Shown: positions 63,642-64,000 of the stretch, in pieces
How positions within the stretch are numbered: position 1 is the first letter of the stretch
Layout of the letters: every line of letters starts with the position of its first letter
Source: Pelomyxa schiedti
Taxonomy: Eukaryota; Protista; Evosea
Assembly (NCBI GenBank): GCA_020536535.1
Contig: JAHLWZ010000004.1
Location: 186,001 to 250,000, forward strand
Direction: 5' to 3'
DNA length: 64,000 bases
Notes under the pieces: model-generated
Seen by the model: the letters and a program-made list of their open reading frames with translations, nothing else
Databases searched by the model: none
What the model was told of the DNA's origin: nothing
Program-made: the position numbers and the translations under genes

Positions 63642-64000
63642 CTACTGTACGTGAACGTCGAAATTTTCAGGCAGGGTGTTGGTGCTCCAATAATCACTGT
63701 TTTGGTGTAGGTTTTCTATCAAGTCTGGTAATGGTATGACCCTATCAAGAGTTTCAACAAGAGGTTCAGCAATAAGTCTGTTCGGCAAATGTCAACAAGG
63801 TTTCGCTTAGTTGTTTGGTTTGAATTTTCAACAACACACGATATGAAATTGGTTTGTAGCTTTGGTAATTTTGATACTCCGGCTTCCCGGTCTGTGAAGG
63901 GACTCAAGGGAAGGCCACGTTGTTTTTCTTGATCGCCTTGATTGAAGAACTCTTGAGTGAGTTGCCATACCCATTTTAGCATTTGCTTATGTGGCCGCAT
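63642..64000 (-). CDS. Class I cyclic-nucleotide phosphodiesterase, C-terminal part (runs off the right edge)
   Basis: RPHKQMLKWVWQLTQEFFNQGDQEKQRGLPLSPFTDRE..PKLQTNFI then LIAEPLVETL..ENLHQNSDYW match the PDEase_I C-terminus (EEFFxQGDxEKxxGLxxSPxxDR). Confidence 0.85.

Overview
Gene-dense eukaryotic nuclear DNA: about 25 protein-coding genes, many split by short (mostly ~35-55 nt) GT-AG introns, with intergenic gaps usually of 80-300 nt. No CRISPR array, rRNA, tRNA or clear transposon was recognised. The gene set, intron style and a long ankyrin-like family gene suggest an amoebozoan, possibly an archamoeba such as Pelomyxa (inference). Recognisable genes, left to right: PUF60, PQQ-type beta-propeller, WDR62/MAPKBP1, p23, METTL5, FIG4, class-M sirtuin (SirTM), NTF2-like protein, DH-PH RhoGEF, RPL11, an orphan, U2 snRNA with a Dictyostelium-like upstream element, F-box protein, ankyrin-like protein, CLASP, DUF1152, DENN-LIM protein, a GRAS-domain protein, NBS1, Sgf11/ATXN7L3, zeta-COP, B-box/filamin protein, RCC1-RasGEF, UNC119, TMEM62 and the 3' end of a cyclic-nucleotide phosphodiesterase. 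The most striking items are a four-intron, bacterial-type GRAS gene with intact SAM-binding motifs in a non-plant eukaryote, and a stand-alone SirTM-type sirtuin (His-to-Gln) with no macrodomain partner in the window. Gene models were spliced by hand and family calls rest on remembered motifs, not database searches; some gene ends are approximate.
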